DNA of 64,000 nt from an uncultured Actinomycetes bacterium (GCA_963759365.1 CAVWYX010000007.1:29422-93421), one strand, 5' to 3'; numbered from the stretch's first letter, positions 1 to 10,733 are shown. Numbers and translations: made by a program. Notes: generated from the letters alone by a model not told the origin.

Positions 1-1
1 T

Positions 2-340
2 GCCACTCCGGCCGCGGCCGCTTCGGTCGCAAGCGTGATGCTGACGGCGCTGCGCTCCGTAGTCTGGCGCGACGGCATCAAGATGGGCACCGGAGGCTAC
101 GAGGTCGTCTTGGGCGTCACCGCGTTGGCGCTGGCGGACCTTGGCCCGGGAGACTGGTCACTCGATGCGCTGCTTGGCTCCGAACGCCGCGGCGCGGGCT
201 GGGCGGCGGCGGCCGTCGGTGCCGCAGCGGTGGGGTCGACAGTCGCCATCGAGCTTGCGAAGCGACAGGCAGAGCGCGCGGACCAGGAGGAAAAGCGCCA
301 CGAGCCGGCCGCGCCTTCGGTCACACCGGCCGACGCGTAA
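2..340 (+). CDS. DoxX-like membrane protein, C-terminal part (runs off left edge)
   Basis: Frame is open from base 2. Hydrophobic C-terminus ...GGYEVVLGVTALALADLGPGDWSLDALLG resembles the DoxX family (recalled, not searched). Confidence 0.45.
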   Translation, partial: ATPAAAASVASVMLTALRSVVWRDGIKMGTGGYEVVLGVTALALADLGPGDWSLDALLGSERRGAGWAAAAVGAAAVGSTVAIELAKRQAERADQEEKRHEPAAPSVTPADA

Positions 341-994
341 GCCAAACCTCAGGCGACGTACAGCACGACGATAATGCCGCCGTCGTCTTCGAGCGGCTCG
401 CGCCAGCAGTCGGCGACGGGTTGCAGAATCATCATCGCTGTCGCGGCGGCGGTCGGTCCTCTGGGACCTCCTCGACCGCGCGGCGGATGGTGGAAGTGAC
501 GAGGCCAGCTGTGGAAAATGGAAGGAAAAGTGGGACGCCACCCGCTGGGCGGGTGGCGTCGCTGTTCCAATACTGTTGCCCGCGAGGAGCGGACTAACTG
601 GGAGTCAGCTCATGTCACGGACGTCTTTGCGGAAGTGCTGGTGGGACGACGCCGCGTTTACCAGGCCTTAAGCTGCCCTGCGACGGCTGCCAACGAAGCA
701 ACCGTGAGCAACGCCGCGACGACACGCGGTGAGAAACGCATGGGAACTCCTCTCGTAGGGATTGCCGCAGGCCGGATTTAGGCAGACGGGCGAACGCTTT
801 GCAAGATTGAACCTAGCCACAACGTGCACGCCGCGCTTTGTTATGCGACTACGCCATCGCCTTGAACCGCTTGCTCGGGCGATGGAACGCTGGCCTCAGG
901 GGGCCATGCGCTGCCGCCGGCTACTCGCCTCTTAGGTGCTGATCCCCAACTCGACAAGCAGGGAATCACTGTTCGAGCCCACTACCGTCCATTC

Positions 995-2104
995 CTACCC
1001 TGCAGCCGGTGCGCGAGCGCGCATTCGCCCATGGGCCAGGGGTGCCAAAGAGGGCGCGAATGCGCGCATCGTGCTGTCCCAGATGCTGTACCGAAATCTC
1101 GTCAGCGCAGCCAACATCGCTCGCGTTCCGTTAGGCAATTCTTCGAGCCGTTCGCGCACGACTTCGTAGTCGGAATCTTCCGCCAGGACTCGCTCTAGGT
1201 CTTTGCGCGCCTGCGCTTTCTTCCCTTGTGCGAGGTAGTTCCTCGCGCGCTCCGACAGCCCAAAGTGTCGGATCTCTGGCGCACGTGAGCGACTCTTGAG
1301 CGCTTCCTTGAACGCTTCGTGTGCACCGTCCGGGTAACCCTGCTCGCGGAGCGCGATCGCCCGATAGACGAGGAGGTGCGCTGCGTCGTCCTCGTTCGAC
1401 GCCATTGGTCAAGTCGACCACATCGTCGTAGCGGCCGGCCTGGGCATACAGCTCCGCCAGCGAGACCGCAGCGTAGGTCGTCGGCTCGAGTAGCTCGACG
1501 ACGTTGATCGCCTGGTCAACCTCGCCGTCCTCTTGATGAAGCTCTGCCAGCGCCAACCCGATGGCGTCGCGGTTAACAGGAAGCACCGCCGAGACGCCTG
1601 AGGCAATCGATAGCTCCAACCGTGTGAACAGGTACTTCGCCGCGAAGCGATCGTCAGCTGGGTTTTGCCCGGTGGCGAAGACCTCGCCGAGCAGGCGCTT
1701 AGCCTCTGGCTCTGTCCGGTCGACGCCGAGCATCATCAGCCCCGCGAGACTGTGCGACAGGACGCGGAAGTCAGCGTGCTCGTCGCCCACTTGCTTGATC
1801 GCCTGGGCGTCCTGCGCACGAACGGCTTTGTAGAGCTGCTTCTCGCCCCTCGGCGCGAACAGGCCGGGCTTCGGCGGAGCGGGCGGCGCTGCCGAAGCTG
1901 GTTCGGAGGCGCGTGACGTGCCGCTGACGCTCTTTTGGTAGTACACGCCGGGGACGCCAGTCCCGCCGATACCGTTCGTCGGCCGGACGAGTGGACGCTG
2001 TAGCGGGCGGGACCCGCGCCAACGCTCATCCCGACACCGGTCCTCGACAGGTTCAGGCGGACGCCTGGGACGAGCCGAATCGACTTCCGAGCGCGGAACC
2101 CCAA
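995..2104 (-). pseudogene. DUF4236-type N-terminus plus helical/TPR-like repeats; frame broken near 1980 and 1400
   Basis: MGFRARKSIRLVPGVRLNLSRTGVGMSVG (1736..2104 ORF) continues as IGGTGVPGVYYQKS in the 1131..2363 frame. It then continues as NEDDAAHLLVYRAIALREQGY in the 995..1405 frame. Confidence 0.5.
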
Positions 2105-2154
2105 CGGTCATTCCTTCCCGTACTGCTCGAAGCCGCGCGTCCCGCAGCGTCGAA

Positions 2155-2397
2155 CTAGCGCCTGCAAAAGTATGTCCGGCCGAGATACTTGACCCGCCTG
2201 TTGAAGCGAGCGGTTCTCTCCTCGGCGCTCGGGGAGACGCAGAGCAATCCACGCCAGCGGTAGCTCGCGTGGTCGCTCGGGCAGGTGTGGGCGCGGTGGC
2301 AGCCGTCGTTGTGCGCGCTTGCGGACGTCGTGCCGAAAGCGGCAAGGCTGAGCAAGCCTGCAATGGCGACGACGGTGACGCAGAGAACCCGAATCAT
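2155..2397 (-). CDS. small secreted Cys/His-rich protein
   Basis: 80 aa ORF with a hydrophobic signal-like N-terminus (VVAIAGLLSLAAFGTTSASA) followed by HNDGCHRAHTCPSDHASY. Confidence 0.55.
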   Translation of the reverse strand: MIRVLCVTVVAIAGLLSLAAFGTTSASAHNDGCHRAHTCPSDHASYRWRGLLCVSPSAEERTARFNRRVKYLGRTYFCRR

Positions 2398-2629
2398 CTA
2401 CTCCTCCTGAAGTGTCTTGCCGCTGGCGCCGCCAGAAGCGGAGCCTCTAAGTCGAGTCTAGGGTCGGAGGTGGCTTCGCAGCATCGCCCGTACGGGTAGA
2501 CGCAGCAGCACGAACGGGTGGCGCATCTAGGATCGGCGTGGTCGAATAGTGCGAGCACTCCCTCGCGCTCGCGTGCGCTCAGCGCCTGTCGCGACACACG
2601 ATAGTGCAGTGCCCACAACCAAACGAGGC

Positions 2630-3658
2630 TCATGGCCCGCAGCACGGCGTCCTCTTGAGGTTAGCTCTCTTCGCGACGATGTCCGCTGCGACCTCTTCCA
2701 GAGCGTCCCGGTCGAGTTCTTCTGCAGCCGCGGGCATGACCTTGGCCGTGGTCTTGGCGCGCAGCGTCGCCGTTCGCCTCCCACCCTCGAGTTGCGCCCG
2801 CTCGCCGGCGATTGCGCCAGGCCCCAGTTCTGCGACCACTTCTCCGTCAACGACGACCTCGAGTATGCCGTCGAGGACTAGAAACACGAGGTTCGTGTCG
2901 TCGGCAGAGTCGCCCTGTTCCACTAGCCGCTCGCCGACCGCCAGCTGTTGCGGCTTCGCCTTGCGGCCCGTTCCCATGATCTCGAGCGAGAGCTCTCGCT
3001 CGAGCGCCGTCTCGACTGCCGTGACAACGGCCGGGGAGTCTTCTCTTCCCCACGGCGTGTTCTGCTCGTGCGACTCGCGGTACCACTTGTCGAAGTCGAT
3101 CGCCGCGCTCTTCTGGACGAGCTTGCCGTCCTTGTCGTAGATCCAGTGCCGCGGGAACGAGCTCGCGCCGGCGAGCTCGTGCTCGGACGAGCCGTCGGCG
3201 TTGATCGTCAGCGCCAGTGTCGTCCATGCGATCGCCGAATTGATCTGGAAATACGGCTTGCCACGCACGGTCATCGGCGCAGGCATGCCCGTTCGTCCGC
3301 CGGCTGTCCGCGTGAAGCGCACGAAGCCGTCGCCGGCCTCCAGCTTCTGCATCGTCGGGAGCGCAACAGCGGCGACAGCGATCTCCTTGGGTCCGATTTT
3401 CAGGCGCGTGAGCCCGATCCGCCCTCGGCCTGCATGCCCCTGACCGACGATCTTGCCGTCCTCGACGTCGATCCAGCCCTTCAGCTCGTTCGCCTCGCGG
3501 AACATGTCGGCGCGGTGCATCGTCTCCATCGAGACGACGCGGTCGGGCGGCGGGTCGTCGTAGTGGGCGAGGCCCATGCTGAACGGCAGCTTCGGCATCC
3601 CCTCGACTGCCTCCGACGGGATCCAGGAGATGGACGTGACGGACGACTCGATCCGCAT
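2630..3658 (-). CDS. protein with C-terminal cyclic-nucleotide-binding-like domain
   Basis: Start MRIESSVTSISWIP (ATG complement at 3656-3658). The C-terminal part LVEQGDSADDTNLVFLVLDGILEVVVDGEVVAELGPGAIAGERAQL...RTATLRA looks like a cNMP-binding beta-roll. Confidence 0.6.
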   Translation of the reverse strand: MRIESSVTSISWIPSEAVEGMPKLPFSMGLAHYDDPPPDRVVSMETMHRADMFREANELKGWIDVEDGKIVGQGHAGRGRIGLTRLKIGPKEIAVAAVALPTMQKLEAGDGFVRFTRTAGGRTGMPAPMTVRGKPYFQINSAIAWTTLALTINADGSSEHELAGASSFPRHWIYDKDGKLVQKSAAIDFDKWYRESHEQNTPWGREDSPAVVTAVETALERELSLEIMGTGRKAKPQQLAVGERLVEQGDSADDTNLVFLVLDGILEVVVDGEVVAELGPGAIAGERAQLEGGRRTATLRAKTTAKVMPAAAEELDRDALEEVAADIVAKRANLKRTPCCGP

Positions 3659-3738
3659 TGTGGGCCCCTTTCGCGACTTGACCGGTCGCGTTGAGGGTGT
3701 GCCCCTACTTCGGCGCTTACAAGAGTTGTCGGCGAGGT

Positions 3739-4757
3739 TCAGACGTCGACGGTTGTCGCCGTTCGCGCATGGCGGATGAAGCTCGCGTCGTGACCGCGTT
3801 GATTCGCGCGCGCAAGCTCGTCCTCGTCGAGCGCGTCGACGCGCCGAAGTAGATCGAGCTCGTCTCGCAGGTGCGTCCGCATCATCTCCGGGCCGTCCGT
3901 CGCGATCGTGAACTTGACGCCGGCGTCGACGAACGAACGGAACGTGTCGCGGACCGCGTCCTCGTTCGCGAGCGCCTTCGTCAGCAGATTGGAGGTCGGG
4001 CAGATCTCGAGCACGATCTCGGCGTCTCGTAGCGCCGCCATCAGCTCCGGATCGTCGGCGGCGAGAATGCCGTGGCCGATGCGGTCCGGCCGAAGAACCT
4101 CGATGACCTCGCCGATCTCCTCGCGTCCGATGTTCGCCGCCTTCCTCGCCGACGTGGATCGTGACGCCGAGGCCGGCCGCTCGCGCCTCCTCGACCATCG
4201 GCGAGACCTGGGTGTAGTCGTAGCGGTCGCCGCCGCGGGCGCGGGCCGGCGATGTCGACGCCGACGATTCCGCGCGGCGCCCAGCGGATCGCCTTCTCGA
4301 CGATGATCGAGTTCAGCTCGGCGCTGAACGTCCGGTCCATCATCAGGATCAGTCCCGCGCGCACCTGCGGGTACTCGAGGCTCGCGCGGTCGAGCCCGCG
4401 GATCGCGGCGAGGATGATGTGGTCGAGGTCGCGCTCGCCGCCACGGTTTCGCTTCATCGGGTTGAAGCGGAGCTCGAGCGTTGTGATCCGCTGCGAGCGG
4501 TAGGCGCCGCCGATGGCCGCATGCACCGAGCGCTCGACGGCGGTCGGGCTCGACTGGATCAGCTCCGTCCAGTGGTAGATTTGGTCGAGCGCGTCGAGGT
4601 TCGCGACGCCGCGCGGGTCCGAGACGGTGACGAGGCGGTCGAACTCCCAGTAGTCCTTCACCGGCAGCGCGATGCCCTGCTCGTGCGCGAGGCTCCAGAG
4701 GATGTCGGAGGCAACCGAGCCGCCGAGGTGCGTATGCAGCTCGGCGAGCCCTTCCAT
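3739..4757 (-). pseudogene. add: adenosine deaminase, reading frame broken twice (about 4240 and 4135); possibly assembly indels
   Basis: The protein is spread over three frames. First MEGLAELHTHLGGS...GVDIAGP, then MVEEARAAGLGVTIHVGEEGG, then RIGHGILAADDPELMAALRDAEIVLEICPTSNLLT...TIATDGPEMM. Confidence 0.65.
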
Positions 4758-4855
4758 GGAGGAAGTCTACGGGGCGCCGCTCGCGTGTCTGCCAAGGTCG
4801 CGCGGCCCCGTCGGCGAGCCGCAAGGCAATCCGATAGGAATCGCATAGACGTCGG

Positions 4856-5252
4856 ATGGGAGGCGCTCAATTGGACTGGATAGGCAGGTCTCTGCTGCTG
4901 ATCGCCTGCCTGGGGATCGCAGCGCCGGCCTCTGCAGCGAACGGGCCGAGGTTCAAGCCCCGGCCGGGATTGACGCAGGCTCAGGCGGTCCGAAAGCTCG
5001 AGCAGAGGTTCAACCGGACGCCTGGCTTCTCCAACGCGCACTGCAGGTTGTTGAACGGGAACGCCCGCATCGGCTGGCGTCACACCTCGTGCATCGCCAC
5101 GGTCGTCTACCAAGGGATGCGCTACGGACTGAGGACCACCTACACGCCCGGTCTCCTGTTCTCGCCAGCGCACGGTCGTCGTCGTGGCGGGTCTCAGGAG
5201 ACAAGCCGGAACCGGCCCGTGGAAGCACGACATCTTCGTCTGTGCGCAGTAG
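4856..5252 (+). pseudogene. hypothetical secreted protein, probable frame break near 5150
   Basis: Signal-like N-terminus LLLIACLGIAAPASAANG. A natural-looking C-terminus RTVVVVAGLRRQAGTGPWKHDIFVCAQ plus stop (5250-5252) lies in another frame. Confidence 0.35.
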
Positions 5253-5346
5253 GGACGACGGCCGGGATTCTTTCCGGCGCCGCGCATTTGACACATTCAG
5301 CTCGACGGCCGAGAATCGCTCGGCTCATTCCGCGAAGGGAGGTCCG

Positions 5347-5949
5347 TGTGTCCTGGAACCTGAAGGGGAGCTACGTCGAGACGTGCTCGTGCGAGCTCAT
5401 GTGTCCGTGCAACCTGTCTTGGGACCACGGCGCGACGTACGACTTCTGTCGCGTCAGCTCGTCTTCAACATTCACGAAGGGGAGATCGAGGGCACGGATG
5501 TCAGCGGTCTCAAGGTCGCTGCGATCGCGGATACCCCGAAGGTCATGACCGAGGGCAACCGGCGACTCGGCATGTTCATCGACGACCAGGCGACGGACGA
5601 GCAAGCGGACAAGCTCACGGCCGTCTTCGGAGGCCAGCTCGGAGGACCTATGGGCGCCCTGGCCCCGCTCGTAGGCGAGGTCTTGGGCGTCGGGCGCGCG
5701 TCGATCGAGGTCGTGGACGACGGGCTGCGTCACGCCGTCCGCGTCGGAGACGCGATCGACTTCGAGATCGAGGACATCGTGCCGTTCGGGGTCGAGACTG
5801 GTGAGCCCGTTCGATTCAACGGCATTGCCCACCCGGTTGGGTCTGACCTGACGATGGCAGAGGCGACCCGCTCGCGGATCAATGCCTTCGGCATCGAGTA
5901 CGAGGGCAAGACGGGTCTCTCGAAGTCCGAGTTCTCCTGGGCTGCTTGA
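5347..5949 (+). pseudogene. DUF1326 family protein, one frame break near 5457
   Basis: VSWNLKGSYVETCSCELMCPCNLSWDHGATYDFCR continues as LVFNIHEGEIEGTDVSGLKVAAIADTPKVMTEGN... in the 5089..5949 frame. Confidence 0.6.
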
Positions 5950-5953
5950 GCGC

Positions 5954-6784
5954 TTGATCGCCTCGGCACCCGACCAGGCGGCTCCCATTGGAGGTCTGAC
6001 TCCGGCGTTCGCCGCCGCGCGAACGCGGCTCGGGCTCGTCGCTTTGCTCTTCGTGCTCGCCGGTGTCGGCTGGTGGTGGACGGTCGACCAGATGCAGGGC
6101 ATGGACGGTGGGCCGTGGACCGATCTCGGGACGCTCGCCTGGTTTGTCGGCGTATGGGTCGTGATGATGGCCGCGATGATGTTTCCGTCGGTATCGCCGA
6201 CGGTTGCGCTCTACTCGCGCATGACCAGGAGTCGAGTCCCGGTCGCACCACTGCTCTTCACCTCCGGCTATCTCGTAGCGTGGGCCGGCGTCGGGGTGCT
6301 CGCATTCGTGGTCGCGACCGCCGGCGGGGGCGTCTTCGGCGACGTGCTTGCATGGGACCGGGGTGGACGCTGGGTTGCAGGCGCGACCCTCGTCGTTGGC
6401 GCCGTCTACGAGCTGACGCCGCTCAAGGACGTGTGCCTGGGGAAGTGCCGCAGCCCGCTCGGCTTCTTGCTCGGGTCCTGGCGTGACGGCGCCGCGGGTG
6501 GGCTGCACATGGGTGTGAGACACGGCGCTTGGTGCATCGGCTGTTGTTGGGCACTGATGGCGTCGCTCTTCGCGCTCGGGGTGATGAGCATCGTCTGGAT
6601 GGCGTTCGTGGCTGGGCTCATCGCTTTCGAGAAGCTGATCCCGTGGCGCCGTGCCGCGACCTATGGGACGGCGGGCGTTCTGCTCGTGCTCGGCGTGCTC
6701 CTCATCGCGGCTCCCGACACGATCCCCGCGCTCACGATTCCCGGGAACGGTTCGATGTCTCAGATGAACCAGATGGGCGGATAG
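5954..6784 (+). CDS. DUF2182 family integral membrane protein (usual partner of DUF1326)
   Basis: WVVMMAAMMFPSVSPTVALY...YELTPLKDVCLGKCRSPLGFL...CIGCCWALMASLFALGVMS. The start (TTG 5954) is uncertain. Confidence 0.6.
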   Translation: MIASAPDQAAPIGGLTPAFAAARTRLGLVALLFVLAGVGWWWTVDQMQGMDGGPWTDLGTLAWFVGVWVVMMAAMMFPSVSPTVALYSRMTRSRVPVAPLLFTSGYLVAWAGVGVLAFVVATAGGGVFGDVLAWDRGGRWVAGATLVVGAVYELTPLKDVCLGKCRSPLGFLLGSWRDGAAGGLHMGVRHGAWCIGCCWALMASLFALGVMSIVWMAFVAGLIAFEKLIPWRRAATYGTAGVLLVLGVLLIAAPDTIPALTIPGNGSMSQMNQMGG

Positions 6785-6999
6785 GGCGGCGGCACTCTAG
6801 GAGGAGGCCTTCAGCAGGACACCCACGTCCTTGCGCGCCAGAATGGCATCGAGCATCGCGTACTTGGCCTCGTCGATCGCGTTACCTGCGAAGTCGACCG
6901 CGTCGCGTGCGTCGGCCTCGGCCGACTCGGCGCGGAGCTCCGCTCCGGCCGAACGTGCCCGGTTGTAACCTGGGGCCCGTGCCCAGAGGAGGCGGATCC

Positions 7000-7179
7000 A
7001 TGCTGATCCAGCTGGCGAAGTTCGCGCTCCTGTCCGGCGTGATTCTCTTCCTGGCCTGGATGGCGGGCACCGGTCGGGTGGCGTACGTCATGGTGATGCT
7101 CTGGATCGCTGCCGCTCTTGGCTACGCCGTTCTCGACCTCGTCGACTACGAGATCGTCAAGAAAGACAGGCGGCGCTAG
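7000..7179 (+). CDS. small two-helix membrane protein
   Basis: ATG at 7000 preceded by AGAGGAGG. 59 aa, MLIQLAKFALLSGVILFLAWMAGTGRVAYVMVMLWIAAALGYAVL. Confidence 0.5.
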   Translation: MLIQLAKFALLSGVILFLAWMAGTGRVAYVMVMLWIAAALGYAVLDLVDYEIVKKDRRR

Positions 7180-7883
7180 GCGGGGGCAGGCAGCGGCCCG
7201 CTCCTGTCCTGCGGGGTAACCCGCCCCACCTTCGTCAGCAGCAGCGCGACGATGACTCCGAAGACGAAGCCGCCCACGTGGGCGAAGAAAGCGACGCCGC
7301 CCCCGTTCGCGGCCGAGCCGAAGAGCCCGAAGTTCGCCTCGATCAGCTGGTAGAGGAACCAGGCGCCGAGGAAGAACCAGGCCGACAACTGAATCGGAAA
7401 GATGACGATGAGTCCGAGCACCCTCGAATTGGGGTAGAGGACGAAGTAGGCGCCGAGCACGGCGGCGATCGCGCCGCTCGCGCCCAGGTTGGGCACGCGC
7501 GCCTCGGCCGTCGTGCCGAAGGCGAGGGTAATCAGCGTCTGCACGATCGTCGCGACGAAGCCGCCGGCGAAGTAGAAGGCGAGGTAGCGGAGCGGGCCGA
7601 AGGCGTCCTCGACGTTCTTGCCGAACACGGCCAGGAAGAGCATGTTGCCCAGGATGTGGTCCCAGCTTCCGTGCAGGAACATCGCGGTGATCCAGCTGAC
7701 CCCCCAGTTCTCAGGCCCGTGGCAAGAGCCGTTGACGGTGCAGGGATAGAAGGAGGCGTGGAAGACGGCCGAGCGCAGGTGCGGTAGCTCGTAGAAAAGC
7801 CAGACCGCGAAGTTGGCGACGATGATCGCGACGTTGACGATCGGGAAGCGTCGAGCTCGAAGTCCATCGGAGAGGGGAAGCAC
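7176..7883 (-). CDS. rhomboid family intramembrane serine protease
   Basis: 235 aa polytopic ORF with HGSWDHILGNM and GASGAIAAVLGAY motifs. Confidence 0.85.
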   Translation of the reverse strand: MLPLSDGLRARRFPIVNVAIIVANFAVWLFYELPHLRSAVFHASFYPCTVNGSCHGPENWGVSWITAMFLHGSWDHILGNMLFLAVFGKNVEDAFGPLRYLAFYFAGGFVATIVQTLITLAFGTTAEARVPNLGASGAIAAVLGAYFVLYPNSRVLGLIVIFPIQLSAWFFLGAWFLYQLIEANFGLFGSAANGGGVAFFAHVGGFVFGVIVALLLTKVGRVTPQDRSGPLPAPA

Positions 7884-7948
7884 ACGGCGAGTCTTTCACG
7901 GGGTGACGCGCAGGGAGAAGGACGTACTGTGGAGGTCGACCCCAACGG

Positions 7949-8782
7949 ATGGAGCCGCCGATGGCTGACAAACCCGACACGATCGTCCTGATCCACGGGC
8001 TCTGGATGACCCCGCGGAGCTGGGAGCACTGGAAGGAGCGTTACGAGGGGAAGGGCTACAAGGTCCTCGCTCCCGCTTGGCCAGGCATGGAGGTCGAAGT
8101 CGAGGCGCTCAACGCCGACCCGACGCCGCTCGAAACGCTCAACGTGGACACGATCGTCGACCACTACGAGGGCATCATCCGCGGCCTCGACAGCCCACCG
8201 ATCATCATGGGCCACTCGTTCGGCGGAGCCTTCACCCAGATCTTGCTCGACCGCGGAGTCGGCGCCGTCGGCGTGGGCGTGGCTCCGGCGACCGTCAAGG
8301 GCGTGCGCGACTTGCCGCTCTCGACGATCAGGTCGTCCGCTCCGCTGCTCGCGCACCCGTTCAAGAAGTACGGCGGGCTAGACGAGAAGCAGTTCCACTA
8401 CGCGTTCGCGAACACCCTGAGCCAGGAGGAATCGAACAAGATCCGCGAGCGCTATGCCGTGCCGGGGCCCGCCGAGGTCCTGAAGGAGGGTGCGTTCGCG
8501 AACTTCATGCGCCATGCGGCGATGTCCGTGAACTTCGAGAACGCGAACCGGGCGCCGATGCACTTCATTGCCTTTTCCGAGGATCACATCGTCCCGCCGA
8601 AGCCGATCCAGCACATGGCCGAGAAGTACACGGCGATACCGGTCGAGTACAAGGAGTTCCCGGACCGGCCGCACTTCCCGGGCGCGCCCGGTTGGGAAGA
8701 GGTCGCCGACTACGCCCTGACGTGGGCAGTCGACAACGCATCGACGAAGACCGCACCACCCGCAGGCGTCGCGACCGAGTGA
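7949..8782 (+). CDS. alpha/beta hydrolase
   Basis: 277 aa; IVLIHGLWMT and nucleophile elbow GHSFGG. Confidence 0.8.
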   Translation: MEPPMADKPDTIVLIHGLWMTPRSWEHWKERYEGKGYKVLAPAWPGMEVEVEALNADPTPLETLNVDTIVDHYEGIIRGLDSPPIIMGHSFGGAFTQILLDRGVGAVGVGVAPATVKGVRDLPLSTIRSSAPLLAHPFKKYGGLDEKQFHYAFANTLSQEESNKIRERYAVPGPAEVLKEGAFANFMRHAAMSVNFENANRAPMHFIAFSEDHIVPPKPIQHMAEKYTAIPVEYKEFPDRPHFPGAPGWEEVADYALTWAVDNASTKTAPPAGVATE

Positions 8783-8857
8783 CCGATCGGAACGTCGGGC
8801 GGCGGAGTCACATCCGCCGCCTGCCGGCGCGCAGGTCCCGGTGGCATCCTTTAGCGC

Positions 8858-9354
8858 GTGGGAATGGGCCGACGCGCGCTGGTGGCGATCTGCTTCCTGA
8901 CACTGCTCGCCCCGCCCGCGACCGCGGCACGACGGCCAGGCTTCTTTCCGCAGCCGCTGTTCGCGACTCCCGGGAAGGCCGCGTACTGCTACGTCGACCA
9001 GACCGGGGTGCAGGATGCGCGGCCGTCGCTGTTCTGTTGGACGCCGAACGACGGTTGGGGCGTCGAGATCCCGTGGAACGGTCGCCGTGCGCAGGCGGCG
9101 TACCGCAACCATCGTCCGCGATTCGCCGAGGACTTCGGCGACCTGCGTGGCTACGCACACGCGCACGGATCCTGAGCTACGGCGCGCGATGGTTCTACCG
9201 TTGCGCAAATCCCGCGAGGCAGGCCACCTGCCACGTCGGCGGACGAGGCGCAATCGCCTTCACGTGCGTGAGTAGCCCAGGCGGTCTGACGTGCACGAAC
9301 GCGGCGCGCCACGGCTGGTTGATCGGCCGCTACGGCGGACGCCGGCTGTTCTGA
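8858..9354 (+). pseudogene. hypothetical secreted Cys-containing protein, frame break near 9170
   Basis: Signal-like LVAICFLTLLAPPATAA. After the stop at 9175 the sequence continues plausibly in the 8077..9354 frame (SYGARWFYRCANPARQATCHVGG...). Confidence 0.35.
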
Positions 9355-9369
9355 TCGCGCGACGAGAAT

Positions 9370-9771
9370 CTATCCCGGCGCGGCGGCCTCGGTTCTTGCA
9401 GGGGTCATGGCCAGAAAATCGTCGACGTCCAACGCGGAGAGGATCCTGCGAGCCGGAGGCGGCACGGACCGGTGCCTCGTATCGGTGAACACCTCCGGAT
9501 CGGTTAGCGCCACCGTCCGCCGACGCGTCTCGATCTCGCAGCTGCCGGCCGCGAGCACGTTCCGAACCCAGTCGCTGTCCCGGCCGTAGGTCAGCGCGAA
9601 CACGTAGCGGCCGTCGCGGCGAAAGACATTGACGGGCGTGTGATACCGACGACCTGAGCGGCGGCCGACGTGGGTCACGATGGCGAAGCCGGGCAGCCAC
9701 GATGCGAAGGGGCGCGTGAGACGGTTCGTCACACGCCGGTTGAAGTGGGCTACACGCTTCGAGAGCGGCAC
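9370..9771 (-). CDS. DUF385 / nitroreductase-family deazaflavin-dependent oxidoreductase
   Basis: 133 aa; FNRRVTNRLTRPFASWLPGFAIVTHVGRRSGRRYHTPVNVF...ALTYGRDSDWVRNVLAAG is the typical DUF385 pattern. Confidence 0.75.
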   Translation of the reverse strand: MPLSKRVAHFNRRVTNRLTRPFASWLPGFAIVTHVGRRSGRRYHTPVNVFRRDGRYVFALTYGRDSDWVRNVLAAGSCEIETRRRTVALTDPEVFTDTRHRSVPPPARRILSALDVDDFLAMTPARTEAAAPG

Positions 9772-10052
9772 GGCAGACGATCGGCGGGAGCGCAGCCATT
9801 CTGCCTGATGCGTTCGGCCGCTCTGCGAAAGCCTTCGCGTATCGCCCCTGTAGTCACAGGTCGGATGCGGAGTCGACCAGCGTCCAGGAATGTCCCCTGA
9901 GCCGTCGCGTGTGGGCGGCGTGGATAGGCTGGCGATCGTGGCCGAGGCGACCGCAACATGGTCGGCGCTGCGCCAGCGTTCACGAATGACGCCCGAGCAG
10001 GTCGTTTACGAGGTGCCCGGATGGGATCGGAATCTGACGCCGTGACAGCAAC

Positions 10053-10733
10053 GTGAAGGCCCGGCAACTCGCAGAAGGTCTCTGGGCTTGGGCGGCTCCG
10101 CATCCTGAATGGACTCCGGATCGCGGCGGCGTCGGCGGATGGGAACTTGAGGTCGCTTCGTGGCTCCTGGAGAGCGACCGTTCCACGATTCTGATCGACC
10201 CGCTCTTGCCGAGCGATCCGGCGGACGCGCAGTGGATTGAGACGCGGTGCGCCGACCGCGACGTGCACGTTCTCGTCACCGTCTACTGGCACCTACGCAG
10301 CGCCGAGATCGCACAAGCACGCCTAGGCGCGACGGTCTGGGGAAACGCCAAGACCCGTGAAGACGTGGAACACATCGTGACCGGCCTGATCGAAGACCAG
10401 GTTCCGCTACCAGGTGGAGTGATTCCGTTCACGCCAATCCCGAACCACGGCGGCGAGGACGAAACAGCCTTCTGGCTTCCGCGCCAGCGCGCACTCGCAG
10501 TCGGAGACGTCCTGATCAGAACTCCAGAAGGCGTCAAGATCTGGTGGTGGGAACAAAAGACTGATCAGCCACAGCTGGACGCTCACGACCGCGTGCAGCC
10601 AAGCCTTCACCGACTCGTTGAACTGCCCATCGAACTACTGCTCCTTCCACACGGAGGGCCAATCGACGAAAACGCCCGCGAAGCCCTAGCAACCAGCCTC
10701 CGCGTCCCTACCTGGCAGCGCCCACCCCAGTAG
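10053..10733 (+). CDS. MBL-fold-like protein (degenerate metal motif); last gene before the array
   Basis: 226 aa. Overall beta-lactamase-fold-like pattern (ILIDPLLP...HVLVTVYWHLRS...LLLPHGGP). The stop at 10731-10733 abuts junction remnant J1. Confidence 0.5.
   Translation: MKARQLAEGLWAWAAPHPEWTPDRGGVGGWELEVASWLLESDRSTILIDPLLPSDPADAQWIETRCADRDVHVLVTVYWHLRSAEIAQARLGATVWGNAKTREDVEHIVTGLIEDQVPLPGGVIPFTPIPNHGGEDETAFWLPRQRALAVGDVLIRTPEGVKIWWWEQKTDQPQLDAHDRVQPSLHRLVELPIELLLLPHGGPIDENAREALATSLRVPTWQRPPQ

Noticed and set aside
658-741. 27-codon minus-strand ORF MRFSPRVVAALLTVASLAAVAGQLKAW with an upstream GAGGAG
   Set aside because: It is too short and unsupported to call a gene without comparative or expression evidence.
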